A stretch of DNA of 64,000 bases from Hydrolagus affinis. Lineage: Eukaryota. The notes beneath the pieces are model-generated. The model was not told the origin of the DNA. It saw only the letters and a list, made by a program, of their open reading frames with translations, and did not search any database. The position numbers and the translations under genes are program-made. The DNA is taken from positions 1 through 64,000 of the forward strand of contig JAAILG010001467.1 of NCBI GenBank assembly GCA_012026655.1, written 5' to 3'. Position 1 is the stretch's first letter. Each line of letters opens with the position of its first letter. Positions 1 to 12,900 of this stretch are shown here, one piece after another.

Positions 1-95
1 TGGCTTCGTGAGGTGGAGAGTGCAGCCTTGGATGTTGAGGCTGGCAGCGCCCGATGTGCGGAGGCGCTGGCTTGAGCCGATCAGGAGGGCCTCGG
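1..95 (-). mobile_element. L2-clade LINE ORF2 fragment, truncated by the window edge
   Basis: The minus strand translates LLIGSSQRLRTSGAASLNIQGCTLHLTKP, similar to the ALLIGS segment at the 5' end of the L2 copy near 22900. Confidence 0.55.
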
Positions 96-445
96 TCTTA
101 CTCACGTTCAATTGCAGGAAATTGTCCCTCGTCCAGGGACAATAGACAAATTTGGTTCACTTTTCCTTCCCCACTCTCCATCCAGGGTCTCATTTCTATC
201 AATTTCTTAGCTCCTCTGTTCAGAGTCACTTATTCAGGGCTTCTATTTTACAAGGACATGTGTGCATCCAAATTATAGGCAAATAATGTAACTAAGGCCT
301 GCTGGTTTCTATGTATAGCCCACTTTTGTGCTATTCGTTTCACTACTCAATCAAGAATGAAAACAGGTAGGATTTAGTTAAAAACTGAGGATTCCTTGAA
401 TATTCAGCATCTAGACATCCACTTTAATGCATTTTGGACTCTACC

Positions 446-770
446 ATGTGGAGCCCTGTAGCTCAATGTGGAGCCCTGTAGCTCAGTGGTGAGAGCACTC
501 ACCTTACAAGTGAGAAACCTGGGCTCAATTCCAGGCATGGCAAAACCTTGGGCAAGTTTCCTTAGTCCACATGCCTAATAATAATAAGCCCTCAAAAATA
601 AAATTGATAATTTCAATCCATGATTGTTTGTGGGTCACTGCTGTGCGCAATTGGCTGCCGCATTTCACCCACAAATATACAGTCAATTTACTTTACAGTA
701 TATTCTGTGAAGCGCTTTGAGATGTCTAGAAGTTGTGAAAAGCGCTTTTAAATGCAAGGATTATTATTAT
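446..770 (+). mobile_element. Full-length tRNA-derived SINE with L2-type 3' tail
   Basis: Head TAGCTCAGTGG (A box) ... GGGCTCAATTCC (B-box-like). The body is shared with the copy at 35363. Tail gtgaagcgctttgag...aaatgcaaggattattattat. Confidence 0.88.
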
Positions 771-789
771 TTCTACCATAAGAGAAAAG

Positions 790-906
790 GAAATAGAGGG
801 TGATGGGTAAGGAAAATAGGAGAACACATGAGCTCATGGAGTATTATCACTGACATGGACTAGTTAGGCTGAGTGACCTGTTTCCCTGCCATATCATTCC
901 CTATAA
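790..906 (+). mobile_element. Degraded CR1-type LINE 3' tail
   Basis: catggactagttaggctgagtgacctgtttccctgcc...ctataac resembles the CR1 tail at 28790-28840. Confidence 0.5.
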
Positions 907-981
907 CTTGCCAAACCAAAGATGTAAGAACACCGTGCCAGCAGCTAAAATAAATGCAAAAACAATGTATTTGGAATTATA

Positions 982-987
982 TTTATT
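982..987 (-). terminator. Candidate distal polyadenylation signal AATAAA
   Basis: The minus strand reads gtgcagAATAAAtataattccaaatacattgtttttgcatttatttt: the signal, a CA about 15 nt downstream, then a U/GU-rich element. Repeats resume immediately beyond it. Confidence 0.55.
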
Positions 988-2020
988 CTGCACAAGCTTG
1001 CATATATACTGCACATACATTCAGTTTAGAGAAGAATGGAAGGCACACAAGGCAATTGAACTACTGTAGTCTGTAGGTGGTACAAAGCAAAGGTAAAAGT
1101 CTGGATACCATACAAAAAAGCTTAAAACACACAAAATAAAATCAGTTATTCAACAAAAGGTATTTTTTTTTATCTTCAAAATGTAGTCGCTGCCAAGCAG
1201 AATTTAATAAGGATTGCTTTAGTCAGCTGGCTACAGCATCCCTGTAATGTGGACAGGGTTTCTTATTGTTTCATTACATGATCAATTATTACAGTTCATC
1301 CTGGTAATACAAAAATTGTACACCTTCAAATAAATTAGGATAAATTAAACCAATAAATTATGCAAAGTCTTCAGAACAATTGACGACAACAATAACAACA
1401 ACAAAATTCCACAATCAAAATGGTCTCTAGCTAGAGAAAAAAAATCAAAAAACGCTGACTAGGTCAGTTTTTAATTACTGCACTATTTTCAAATTAATGG
1501 GTATTTGATACAAAAAGGAGCATAAAGCTATGTACAACATATTGCTAAATATTATAAAGGCAGTGTTTTTTTGTCACTTTTCTGCAACCATATACATACA
1601 AGCGTTTTATTTTAAAATCACAGGCAGCTTATATCCCACAATTCTCTCACAAGATGAGCATGTTTCATTCAACTTCACTAGAAGTGCAATACGCAGTAAC
1701 CATTCCCAAAATATCCATCTCCCTTGTCGTTCGGTTGGAAAGAAAAAGGGAGCCCTGGAGAAAAAAAGACAGGTCAACATTTAAGCACCACTTTTCGCAA
1801 GGTTATATTGTTGTGTGGACAGCAATTTGCAGTAAATTCACAGTGAGTGTGCTTTTATTGCAGCTGCTGATTTTGGTGCCACTTGACTGTGCTGCAAATA
1901 AGGTCTCAGAATTCATTCACTCACTTACAGTACTAGGGAGGCATAACATGCATCCTGTAAATATGCGACAAGATACAAAAGTCATAGCAGGTAATTTAAT
2001 GCACAAAGTATTCAAGCATA

Positions 2021-2920
2021 AATACTGCAGCACTACTTTAAATACTACAACTCAATGCCTGCCATGTATTTTGTTTCCCCAATACTGTGAATGGCGTCTG
2101 TGACATACATATTCTGCAATAGTCACAAATATAAGTGTCACAGAAGTCACAAAGTAACATTCTCTTCACAAAGCATATCCAGCGCAATTCTAAAGTAGAA
2201 AAAGTTGTCCATTTAAAAGGGAAAATTTGTGAATTTCACAAATCCAACTGAGTCAAACCATGAAATTAAAGTTTTAATGCAGTTTTATAAATATATAGAT
2301 TCAAGAGAATTACCATTAGCTTTTTTGGGGGGACGGGTGTGAAAGATTAAACAAATTGGCAGTTTTCCAAAGAAACTTTTAAAAATACTATCAGCCTGAA
2401 GAGCATCGGCTCCTGATGTCATTAGCAACAGGACCAGGATGCAAAAAGTTAATTCTCTACATTTTATAAAAGTGTAAAGTAATTTGCAAAACAGAATTAA
2501 ATAAACAGAAAAATGGTCACTTTGAAGTCAGCCTTTCTCAAGGGCTCCCTTTTAAAAGTTTTGCTTCCAAATATTTACCCACATATTTTTTTTGCAATTA
2601 CTTTACAGCTACACTGTTTTTTCGATACAAAAATCTAAATTAAAAATCAGAACCTTAAATTAGATTTACCAGCTTTTGATCTCAGAGGCACAAACCAAAC
2701 TGCAACAAAATATGTGAGCAAATACCGCAACACTACTTTAAACACTACAACTCAATGTCTGCCGTGTATTTTGTTTCCCCAATACTGTGAATATTGTCTG
2801 CGACATATCCTGTAATAGTCATAAATATAAGTGTCACAGAAGTCACAAAATAACATTCTCTTCACAAAACATATTCAGCGAAAGTCTAAAATAGAAAAGT
2901 TGTCCATCTAAATGGGAAAA
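2021..2920. repeat. Diverged ~200-bp direct duplication (2021-2225 and 2721-2920)
   Basis: Both copies read aatac..ca.cactactttaaa.actacaactcaatg.ctgcc.tgtattttgtttccccaatactgtgaat...aaatataagtgtcacagaagtcacaaa.taacattctcttcacaaa...gttgtccat; the offset is 700 bp. Confidence 0.92.
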
Positions 2921-5900
2921 GTCAGCTTTCACTTCACACTTATATCACATCATATGAAATATTGCTTCTATACTACTTTTTAATAGTCTATGAAAACACA
3001 AAATCTGCACCACAGTTACAAAAAATTGGCTTCTACAAGATTTCCCAAACTCGAGTGCTGAGCAAGCAAGTCGAGGAGGAAAAAATAATTTGCTTTATCA
3101 AACAGTTCTAAAAATTTCTCTTCAAAATGTTTTTTTTTTAATCCAGCTCATTTATTTTCTTATAAAGATACAATATATGCATAGCTATCACCGTCATGGT
3201 AAACCGCAGAAAGGAAAAAAAATCTGGCATTTATTGCAGTTGGTTATGAATGAAAAGGAAATCCCTCTAAAAATCCCCCCAAATGAAGAAATGTTCAGCC
3301 ACAGAAGGCACAAGAACAATTGTATATGTGGGGAAATGGTAATTTGAAGGTGTCCTTCAAGCTGGTGCATTTAAAGTCTAGGCACAGGATATCACCTTAA
3401 GTTTCTATGCAATATTAAATTTCTATTAGCAATGAGTACAGCAATATGTTTTTTTTACAGTTATAGCATCCATTGTGAGCTCATATTAAACTATATAAAT
3501 TTCCACTCTAAAACATCTGACCTCTTGCCTCTTGTAGCTGTTACATCGTGACTGCGCAGTGAATGCTGGTACAGTGTAAGGACAGTCAGCAAACCTAGTG
3601 ACGCAAGCCATATCATCTCTGGTTTGCAAGGAAAGATGTAGCTGGAGGCACAAAGGCATTATGGCTCTCATAAAATCATTCCAGTTCAAATGAAATTTCC
3701 AGAACATTCTTTATATACTGCACAAAGCAAAATTAGCTTGAATGGAATTGTAATTGGACCATTGAGTGCATCTTTATTGAAGTCATTTTTTTTAATATAT
3801 AAAACTCTAGGGTGTAAATATTTGTGGAAACGGTTTGGAAACCAAAGTTTGTTATTTTACAAAATTGCAACCAACTTTTTTTTTGTGTAGTCTTGTGCAC
3901 CATTGAAATATTATGATCTGGTCATATCTTACTCACATTTATCCTGACAGACTCCAAAGGAGCAAGCTGGGTACAAGGAACTTTATTCTTTGCTCTTATT
4001 TATGATAATCATTGCACCTTGTTGAGACTGCATCGTAATGTCAGCCTCGTCAGGGCGAGTGATGTATTTGGATTGTAGATAATCTCAACCAACTTCACCA
4101 GAAATGTATGACTTTCACAATTTGTCACTAAAGTAGGTCACTAGTAATTGGGTGCGACTGCCTGTTATTCAATTCCACCAGGCAGGGTTGGTGGAGAGTT
4201 TTGGATGCATTGCTAAATTAAAAGATTCAGCACTTTGGGGTAGGCCAAGATTAAGAAGATAGATTTGCTTTAGATGCATAGTGAAAACATTGGCACGTCA
4301 TTGCTATTGGCTGCATTGCCTAGAATCTGCAGATAGTGCGAGTGCTTCAAAATAATGACAGGGCATTGCAGGCATTGTGCTGTTAATTTGAAGTCAGCAG
4401 ATTTGAAGGCTTTTCACTGACAATAATTGCTTTCCTGCATTTCTATCCACAAACTGCATTTTCGACTAGTTAAACTGCAGTGTTAGGGTCAGTCACACAG
4501 CAGTCACATTGTTAGAACTCTCACTCTCCACAGTTTTTAAAATGCAAAAGAAATGACATGAAACTTTGCATATTCTAGATTTTTTTTAAGTGCCTTGCTC
4601 CGCTTGTGAGATCCCTTATGTTTGTTCAGGCTGAGTTCAAATAATAACAAAAAAAACTAATAAAAGTTCAACATAACTGAAATGAAGCTTAAGTTGACAG
4701 AAGTCCTGCAGATATCAGTTACCATCTGTTTTTGCAGTAAAATAAGTTTACAGAACAGGAAAGTAGTTCAACCCTTCAAAGGTTTATTGAAAAAAAATGT
4801 CTTGGTGTGGTGCTGTTTTATCACTATTGAAGTTTAATGTTTAATTTTGCTATGGGATCAATTTTAATGCTACTAATCCTTCAAAAACTGCAATACGATT
4901 TCTGCACAACAGAAATCAAAAGTACTGGATTCCACTGACACAGATATACTAGCCAGTGATATGAATAGTTAAATTATCTTATGGTATCACCCTTTCCTCT
5001 GGATATCTAACAAATTCTAATGTTTCAGTAAATAAAACATAAAGTCCAAATGACTATTATTCCACCCATCTAGTCAACATGGCTTTCAAAGCGTTGGAAT
5101 TCTTACCCATAGGTATTTACAATAACCTTCCAGCAAATACTTGTATTTGAGATTGACTAAGGTTCATTTCTAAAAAGTTACAAATAAGTACTGCTCCTTT
5201 TTTTCCCTGAAAGTGCTTTCATGCTCTGTAGGATGAGTACAGTATAGTACATATGAGTATTCTGCAAGGTATCTGAGGTTTATAATGCTGAAATGAAATG
5301 CAAGATACAAAGCTCTACATTCCAAATAGCTTCAGTATCCAAATAGAACATAATGAATGCTTAATTTATTTTAAATAAACTGTAAATAGCATCCTGCAGT
5401 TTTATACATTTGGCCAGTTCTAATCTGGAATACTCAGTGCAAGATGTGTACAGGAAAGTGTTTTTGCAATTGCCATTTAACCAAAATGTGCACAAGTATG
5501 TTCAAAGTTAAAATGGTTTTGTTACTTAAAAGGGATAAACTGTTGAACTGAACTGTACTGGATTTCAATATGCTTCTTTTAACACAGAACATATATGGTT
5601 ATTAATTACTAGGGGGAAGAAACCTCACTGCATGCAACCCTGCATTTAGAGTTATTCTATCAAAGACCCATATTATTTCAAAGCTACATACTGTATAAGC
5701 AAATGGTAGTGAAGGGTTTAAACATGATTGTGGGTGTACCCTGGAGACTAGATCATTTTGTGGAGAAGGGCAAGGAAGTGAGTGATTTATGGTAATAGCA
5801 AACAACAACCCAAGATGATCCAAACTAGCTATGCAACTGTTTGACATTATCGAAGATGGTGTCGGACTGGGATCCTGCTGAAATCTTTTCCAAATATAGT

Positions 5901-6755
5901 GTGTCTAAACAAATCACAAATAGAGCAGCCTTCCTTCATCCTAAAACAATTGCTACAATGGATTGCTACTTACAAGTATGACATAATCCCTTTTAAATAT
6001 ACTGTTGTGTTAATTTTCTTTACAGGTTGGTTTGCGTGATAACCTATATAGAAGTGAGGGGGTTGGGGGAGATCATCAAAAATCCTTCTTAAATAAACCC
6101 CATAAACTAAATGAGTTTGCCACAAATCAGTTTTAGCCGAGGCAGAAACCAAATCAGATCCATTTTGAATTTGTGGTTACAGAAATCAAGCATTATAAAA
6201 TGAGATACCGGCAAAATCATCCTTTTTTTATCCAAGCCAAAATGATTAAATGATTGTGGACAGATAAGTTTTAAAAAAATTATTCTACGGAGATATTTCA
6301 GAAAGGTAATGGTTATACCGGCCTGCTTTTACAATACTGTATCTTAAGTTGAGTATCCCAAAAAGTGCAGATTTGTATGCTCCATCATTCATCAGAAACT
6401 GCAATTAAAGTGAGGTAAGTTGTATTTGAACCCAATCTAATACTTTGCTTACCTCAGGAATTTTAAAATGTTCTCATACATGTGCTGGCTGGTTGATGGA
6501 TCTGATGGGATTCCAAAAATGTGTGCAATCATCAAACTGAATTGGTTTAAAAGTCAAATTTGTTCCCAATAAACTTTCTTTCACACATGCGCACATACAC
6601 ACAAATGTAATTCACAGAGTCATTTCACACAGGATTTTGTTTTCAGTAGTAATTGCGTTGGCAAACAAAATAAATACACTACAACTAAAAGTCACTCTCC
6701 AATAGCAGTCATCAGACTAACAAGAGTAGTATTTTCTCAGTTCAACTGCTTAAAG

Positions 6756-6850
6756 TATATATATATATTATATACATATACACCCATACACTATATATAT
6801 ATAAAATATATATATATTATATATTTCAGAATGTATATATTTCAGAATGT
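6756..6850. repeat. Imperfect (TA)n microsatellite with a short tandem duplication (atatatttcagaatgt x2)
   Basis: Read directly from the sequence. Confidence 0.85.
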
Positions 6851-8759
6851 TCTCTTTAGCTAGTGACTCAAGGGGATTTCAACAGTCAGTGTCAACACAC
6901 AATATAAACTGCTTGGAAGGGAGAATGGGGAGGAGGGGTAGGCGAAGCTGGCGAAATGTTGGGTCCTTCCTCCCCCGACACGTCACTTTCCGTTGCATCA
7001 AATCGAGACGTATTTTAGTTGCAAGTAACATAAATCAGAATGCAAAAAAAAAACCTCTGCATACCGTAATTTGAGCGGAAATCTGATTAAACCCGATCAA
7101 CATCAGGTTCCCAGTTTCGGCAATTTAGTTTCAAACCAATTCCCACAGTATTGCCATGTCTAAGCACATGCAACGTTCTGTCTCAATATAACATTTGCAC
7201 ACTATATACAAGTAGCCATTTCACAAAGTATGTATATTCTAATTATAATAATGCACTCAGCAGTATGTCACCACATTTTGCACTTTAAAGTGCATTTTTT
7301 TTGCATTCGAGTTCTTTTTAAAAAAAATTAAAAACCTGAACCGATTCCCTTGAACTTGAATAATGACAATCCAATGTCTTTTTCATGGTTTCAACAGTGG
7401 TAAACGGACACATTTTCATCAACTCAACTTTCAAGTTTTTTTTTCTCCCTTCAGTGTTTGCTGAGAGATACAACAGCTGTATTAACATTACTCTTAAGCA
7501 ATGGTCGACAAGCATGTCTCAGCTCCCAATAAAGTCAGAACGTGGGCAAGGGAGTACTATTCAATTGTAAACATTGAGGCTTGAAAATCTGTCAGTTTAC
7601 AGTGTACTCAAACACTGAAAACATGGTTCCAATAAATAAAACAGTGATATTAATGGAGCTCCATAATGTCTCCAAAAACTATCTTAGCTGTAGATTCAAT
7701 GCTCCATTAACTGCTGCTAACGGATACCACGCTAACTGGGTAATCCCTCCTTCTGAGTATAAATATTTTAAGAGTATTAGTTTTTTTTAATGAATTCCAC
7801 GAAAGTGAGAATGAAGGTATCTATTCCCTGGAGACAACCATTTCTGGTGGTCTGACCAGCTATGAATCTTTGTAACAAAGGATTCATTTGGAATCATCGA
7901 AGTGCATAGGAACCTGTCCTCCCCCCAACCCCATTCCCCCATGCAGGAAACGAGACTTGTTCTATGTCAGGGAGGGCTGTTCTCAGCTTGAAGTGGTCAT
8001 TTCTAGTGGGAAAAAAAGCAGTAATTTCTTAGCAGGGAAATGGCCATAGTATGGCCATCTCAGTGGGAAAGTAATCTTGGTTGGTAGGATCGGGGTTAGC
8101 ACACTGCAACTTGAGTTCAGCTACAGGGAGACTGAGAAGTGAGTTGCGATTCACTCATAGGTGTTGGTTATGCAGAAGGAAAGAAAAATGGACACCGTAG
8201 GTGAGTCTGACTATAATATTATTAGTTCTAGTCTTGGGGCAAAGATCAACTGGAAACAAGTCTAAAATCGAAAACAATGGCAGTCTTACACACATCTAAT
8301 AATGATACAGATAAGCCTAAATCTCCCAGTGTGTAGTGTATCTCATGACATCTATTTTATTGTCCAAATGATGTCATAGTTATTTGCCACTTGCCACGAG
8401 TAATCAATAATAAATCCTCTCATCTGACAGCTTACTATGAGTGTAATGTGCTACCTTGGGGGTTGGGGGGGGAAGAATTAACTGTAGACTTTTCACACCT
8501 CCTTCTGCAAATCAAATCAAAAAAACAAACTTTCCAAAAACAGAAGAGTTTAGGGATCAATGTTAGTGGGTTCAAGATTGTGGCGAATAATCCTTTGTGA
8601 GGGGTGGGGGAACACAAGGTCAAAACGTGAAAGGGTAAAACTTTAGGGGAAAGTGAGCAGAGCTAAGAAAGCAATAATACACAATTTTGGGGGCATCAAA
8701 ACAGAGGGGGCGTGGTATGCTATACTGTATCTGATACATTCAGATGGTTCTGGGCATCT

Positions 8760-8945
8760 TTACTCATGTAGTAGCTCTTGCAGGCAGTTTGGAGATTTGA
8801 AAACGTCTGGGACTTCGCTGTCCAGCTTGCAAATGACCTTGTAGATGGCCTTCTTCCAGGAAGGATCAACGTCTTTGCCTGCAACAATGGCATTGAAAAA
8901 CTCCCGTAATGTGATCTGAGCCACTTCCAAGAACCTCTCCGGAAC
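8760..8945 (-). CDS. PROX1: Prospero homeobox protein, last coding exon (prospero domain C-terminus and TAA)
   Basis: Translation is VPERFLEVAQITLREFFNAIVAGKDVDPSWKKAIYKVICKLDSEVPDVFKSPNCLQELLHE*, ending with the PROX1-type C-terminus LQELLHE. Acceptor tctttctgtatcagcag. Confidence 0.95.
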   Translation of the reverse strand, partial: VPERFLEVAQITLREFFNAIVAGKDVDPSWKKAIYKVICKLDSEVPDVFKSPNCLQELLHE

Positions 8946-9847
8946 CTGCTGATACAGAAAGAGAGAATGACATTAGTAGTTTTCTATTTCACTCCGGAGT
9001 CTCCTATTCATTAAAAAGGGGAGGGGAAAAAGGTCTGCGCTTTCAGCAACTTCCTCCCCTCCCCCCACACGTCACTGTAAAGCACTTGTGCACCCAGCCA
9101 CCAAGTGTAGCAAAGTTAGCAATTTCCAATATATTCCAGGAAGGCTATTTCTAGAAAGATGAGCTAGGTGTTTTTGGTTTCTTTTAATTTCAGCAGCAAT
9201 TCTGGTCTACCCAGCTTCAAACATTAAAAGTTCTGTGAAAAAGATATACATTTTTTATGGGTGGGGTGGGTGGGAATGAAAGCAGTTTTTCCCAGCTATA
9301 AAAGGGAACATTTTCCAAGTTTAACTTCAATATTTTGGAGCAACCCCAGCATTTAGTTGAGGAGACACATGGATTCTTACATAGGCATGCACCAGTGCTT
9401 GGGACACTCACAGCACAACCATTTTCAAAAGGAACCAGGGGCTAAATGCAGTTGCTTTGGGTGTGTTAAATGGCCACTAATGTGCCCGTGTGCATCACAG
9501 AGCCTCGAGGCATCATTCTAACTTATTGGATTTGGTGACATAAAGCAATACTTTGTGATGAATATTAATGTTCTTATTTAATGGACTTACAGCATATTTA
9601 CATTAGTACATGTTGCAGGAATGGAAATGGCTTGAGATAATGTACCATGGTTGCTGCCTAAATTAGTGTTCACCTGCTTCCCAGATAATTGTGCATTCAG
9701 TGTCTTACACGATAAGGTATTAACTGGATGCTTAATGAACCCGAGTCACTTTGATTTCACTTTTTAAAGATGACATGCCAATTCAGAGTATTCGACCGCT
9801 ACCCATCACAGAATGGCATGTGCTTCCAGGATTCTGTGGCCCACACT

Positions 9848-9900
9848 TCAACAACAATAACAACAATATTAGATTTGTATAGCATCTTTCATGTCAGGAA
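9848..9900 (-). mobile_element. Short L2 3'-tail fragment; similar stubs at ~15421-15470, ~15781-15830 and ~16265-16330
   Basis: (caa)n followed by atttgtatagc..ctttcatgtcagga, matching the 3' end of the L2 at 22081. Confidence 0.7.
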
Positions 9901-12900
9901 AAGCACTGTATACAAGTGTAAAATCTAAAGTTCATTGCAGGAACCTCTTGTAGTTAGAGACTGGTGTTTAAAACTTAACAATACTTTTTACATTGGTGAA
10001 CATTATTAAATATGGTATCAAAATTAAAAGTGAAATCCCCAAATATAGTCATTTTGAAAATGTTAAGCATATTTAAACATTCTTTGGGGTTTTTAAATTT
10101 CTATGGTCAGCCAGGTGTTTGCCATGCTTAAGAGTATCTAAAACGGAATGAGTTCCATGCATGCCACCAATATGTGGAAATTCTCCAATCTGGAGCAGAG
10201 GACCCGAGCCAAGTAATATACACAAGAGGACTATTGTCACATGTTTTTGGTCTATAATATTGGACATTGAGTTATAATAGCTCTGCGGAATAAATGGCCG
10301 CCAGTCCCAGGACTCTTCCTGCTTTCAGTGCAGTCCTGGTTTGCTCGCATTAGAAATGTTGGCGAGAGTGATGCATCTGATCAACCAGCTTCCTATGCAC
10401 TGCACACATACACAGAGAGTTGGGCTGTCCACACATGGAAGTGTACTGAACTTTCGGTAACCAAGTTATTATTATCCATAACATTCATGTTATATACACA
10501 CTCTCTCTCTTACTCTCTCATAACAGGGGTTCATCCTATACATTTGTATTCCACTGAAATCACACGATAATGGATAACCACAAATTTAGTCACTGAAATC
10601 GATCTGCAATGTGTGCATCAATTACTTCCTATTTCATCATTTGATCAAACTTAAATTACTCACATCGTGGTTTAAATTAAATGTATTTGAAAATAAATGC
10701 TGAGATGTGATCTATATCTCATTTGTGGCACTAACCATAACTCACTCACAAGATACAAGGTCAATCCATTGGTTACAGTCTCTTTGCATGAAAACGTAAT
10801 AGTGGTATTTTACAGAAGGTGAAACTTTAATGTTAGTTTTCCTCCCCCGCTAAATAGACCTGTATTGCAATCACCATTTGTGGTGCTAGACCAATTTTCA
10901 ATCTATATTAGCTGCAGCAGAGAATTTCAATGCCATACAACTAACACCAAGGACATGGAACAAATCAGCATCAGTGTAGTCCAGTGTATGGTATCAGTCT
11001 TCCTCACTGCTCTAACTGAATGCATCTGGTCATGCAACAGCCCACTAAGAATGTAAAAAACATTTGTATAGTCACAAAATGAAGGTAATTTGCAATGAGG
11101 TTTAACATGCTGCCATTCCAAACCGGAGTCACAATAGAGCAACTCCCAATGGTAACCGATCAGAAGAGTATCACGCTAACATGCAGGAACTCTGGAGTTC
11201 TGAGTCAGAGTGGCTGGCGGGCCTCAGTTGCTCCCAGGAGTCACTATAACAAACTCCCCCCTATGTATTTATCTCTGAATTGTCCCCCGTGTTTGATCTG
11301 AAACAGAGAACGGAAATAGAATTTGTTGCCCAAAGATATTCTGTACGCCATTCACAATGGTGTAAGCTCCATTCAGCTTTACGCACAGAGCCTTTGGTGA
11401 CGTAAGGCTATAGTAGGAAATCCCATTAATGCTGATAATTAGAAAAGTAATGTGTGTAACGATGAACAGAATTTTTACCAAAAAAGCAGCACATTTTAAT
11501 GGAGTCATCTGCACTCTGAGCTTTATGGATGAGAGCGCACCATGGCTTATATTCCCTGAAAGCGAGAATATGCCACATTTAAAAAAATAAAAACACTTTT
11601 AAACATTTCCCTATCTCCTTTAGAAGATCATTTCTTGAAAAAACACCACCTTTCCAGGTAGTCATTAAACTCTGGAGGAACGGGTGGTAGCATTTCTGCA
11701 CCGAAAAACAAAACAGAAACAAAACATGCAGTTTAAAAATCCAGCATTCAGCACCAGCAGTTGAGATTGTTCAATAGTTGTGCAACTTTCTTCCTGATCG
11801 CACACAAGCAATTTCTGCACATCTTGGAAATTCAATGTTCTGAAAACAGGCTTTTAGCATTGAAAGGGTTAACCCTGCCCCTTCATCTACCCTCCCAACC
11901 CGTCACCAACTACATTTAACAGCAGGAAGTAACCCCCCACCCCCCGCCCCAGATGATCTATACACTTGGCAGGCAAGCATTTAGGTTTTAATCTGTTTTT
12001 CAATTTTTAAGAATAAAGGCAGTAAAGGTTGTCTAAAATATTTATGAGGAAGTCATCCCAGAAACAATCTACATTTGATTTACCGTGCAGCAGTATGGTC
12101 ACACTGGATTAGACGTACAAAACCTCTAACAAAAGCACAACAGCTGATGCATGTGATGTTAGGAGGTGACCGAACAGTTGAAGCATGCTGCTGGCTGCAG
12201 GCAAGCAGTCAGCAGATGCAGACAAAAGGCAGTGACAAGAATAACCCTCTCTCCAAGGCGAGGAGTCAAGAGAATCCAAAATACCAATAACCCTTTTCTC
12301 CTTGCCCTCCCTCCTGTTATCTTCTTATAATAGTAGGCGAACGGTTTCCCTTTTACAGTCAAAAAATGAGACGGCTCCACTCTTCCTGCTCATTCGAGCG
12401 GCTGTCAGAAATTCTAAATCATTTTCTTTCGCATAGTGCTCACTGTGCATCCTCACACACAATGCAATGCGTTTTAATTTTAAAATGCAGGAGTGGTATT
12501 TTTTTTGGGGTAAAACATACACGCAATAAGCATGTCATTTAAGTTTTTCTTTCTTCGGGAGGAAAAAAAACGAACCCTAAAATGTAACTTTTTTGTTATG
12601 TGAAGGGAATCAAAAGGATCTTAAAAAGCAGCCACTGGGTGCAATTAATTCATTTCAGTTTTGGAAAGCAGCTGGCGTGTAGTAACAAAAGACTGAATCT
12701 CATCTCTTTTACCTTTGTAAAATTCCCCCTGTGTTTCATGTGACATTGGTTCAATTGCCAAGCATTTTGCCAAGGCAGGCAAATGAGCGCTGTTTCAGTG
12801 ACCGCTAACCTTGGTATGTCCTGACACTTATGATGACTATCCGCAGGACACAGAAGGCAGGCAGGCTGCTATGTCAGGCTTTTATTATGTGTTGCCGAGT

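Larger units (their letters stand above)
965..8759 (-). other. Probable long 3'UTR of the PROX gene (~7.8 kb)
   Basis: AT-rich stretch after the stop codon lacking the young SINE/LINE copies seen every few kb in the introns. It carries miRNA-seed and Pumilio motifs and ends at AATAAA followed by a T/GT-rich tract. The end point is inferred; other AATAAA hexamers lie closer to the stop. Confidence 0.6.
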
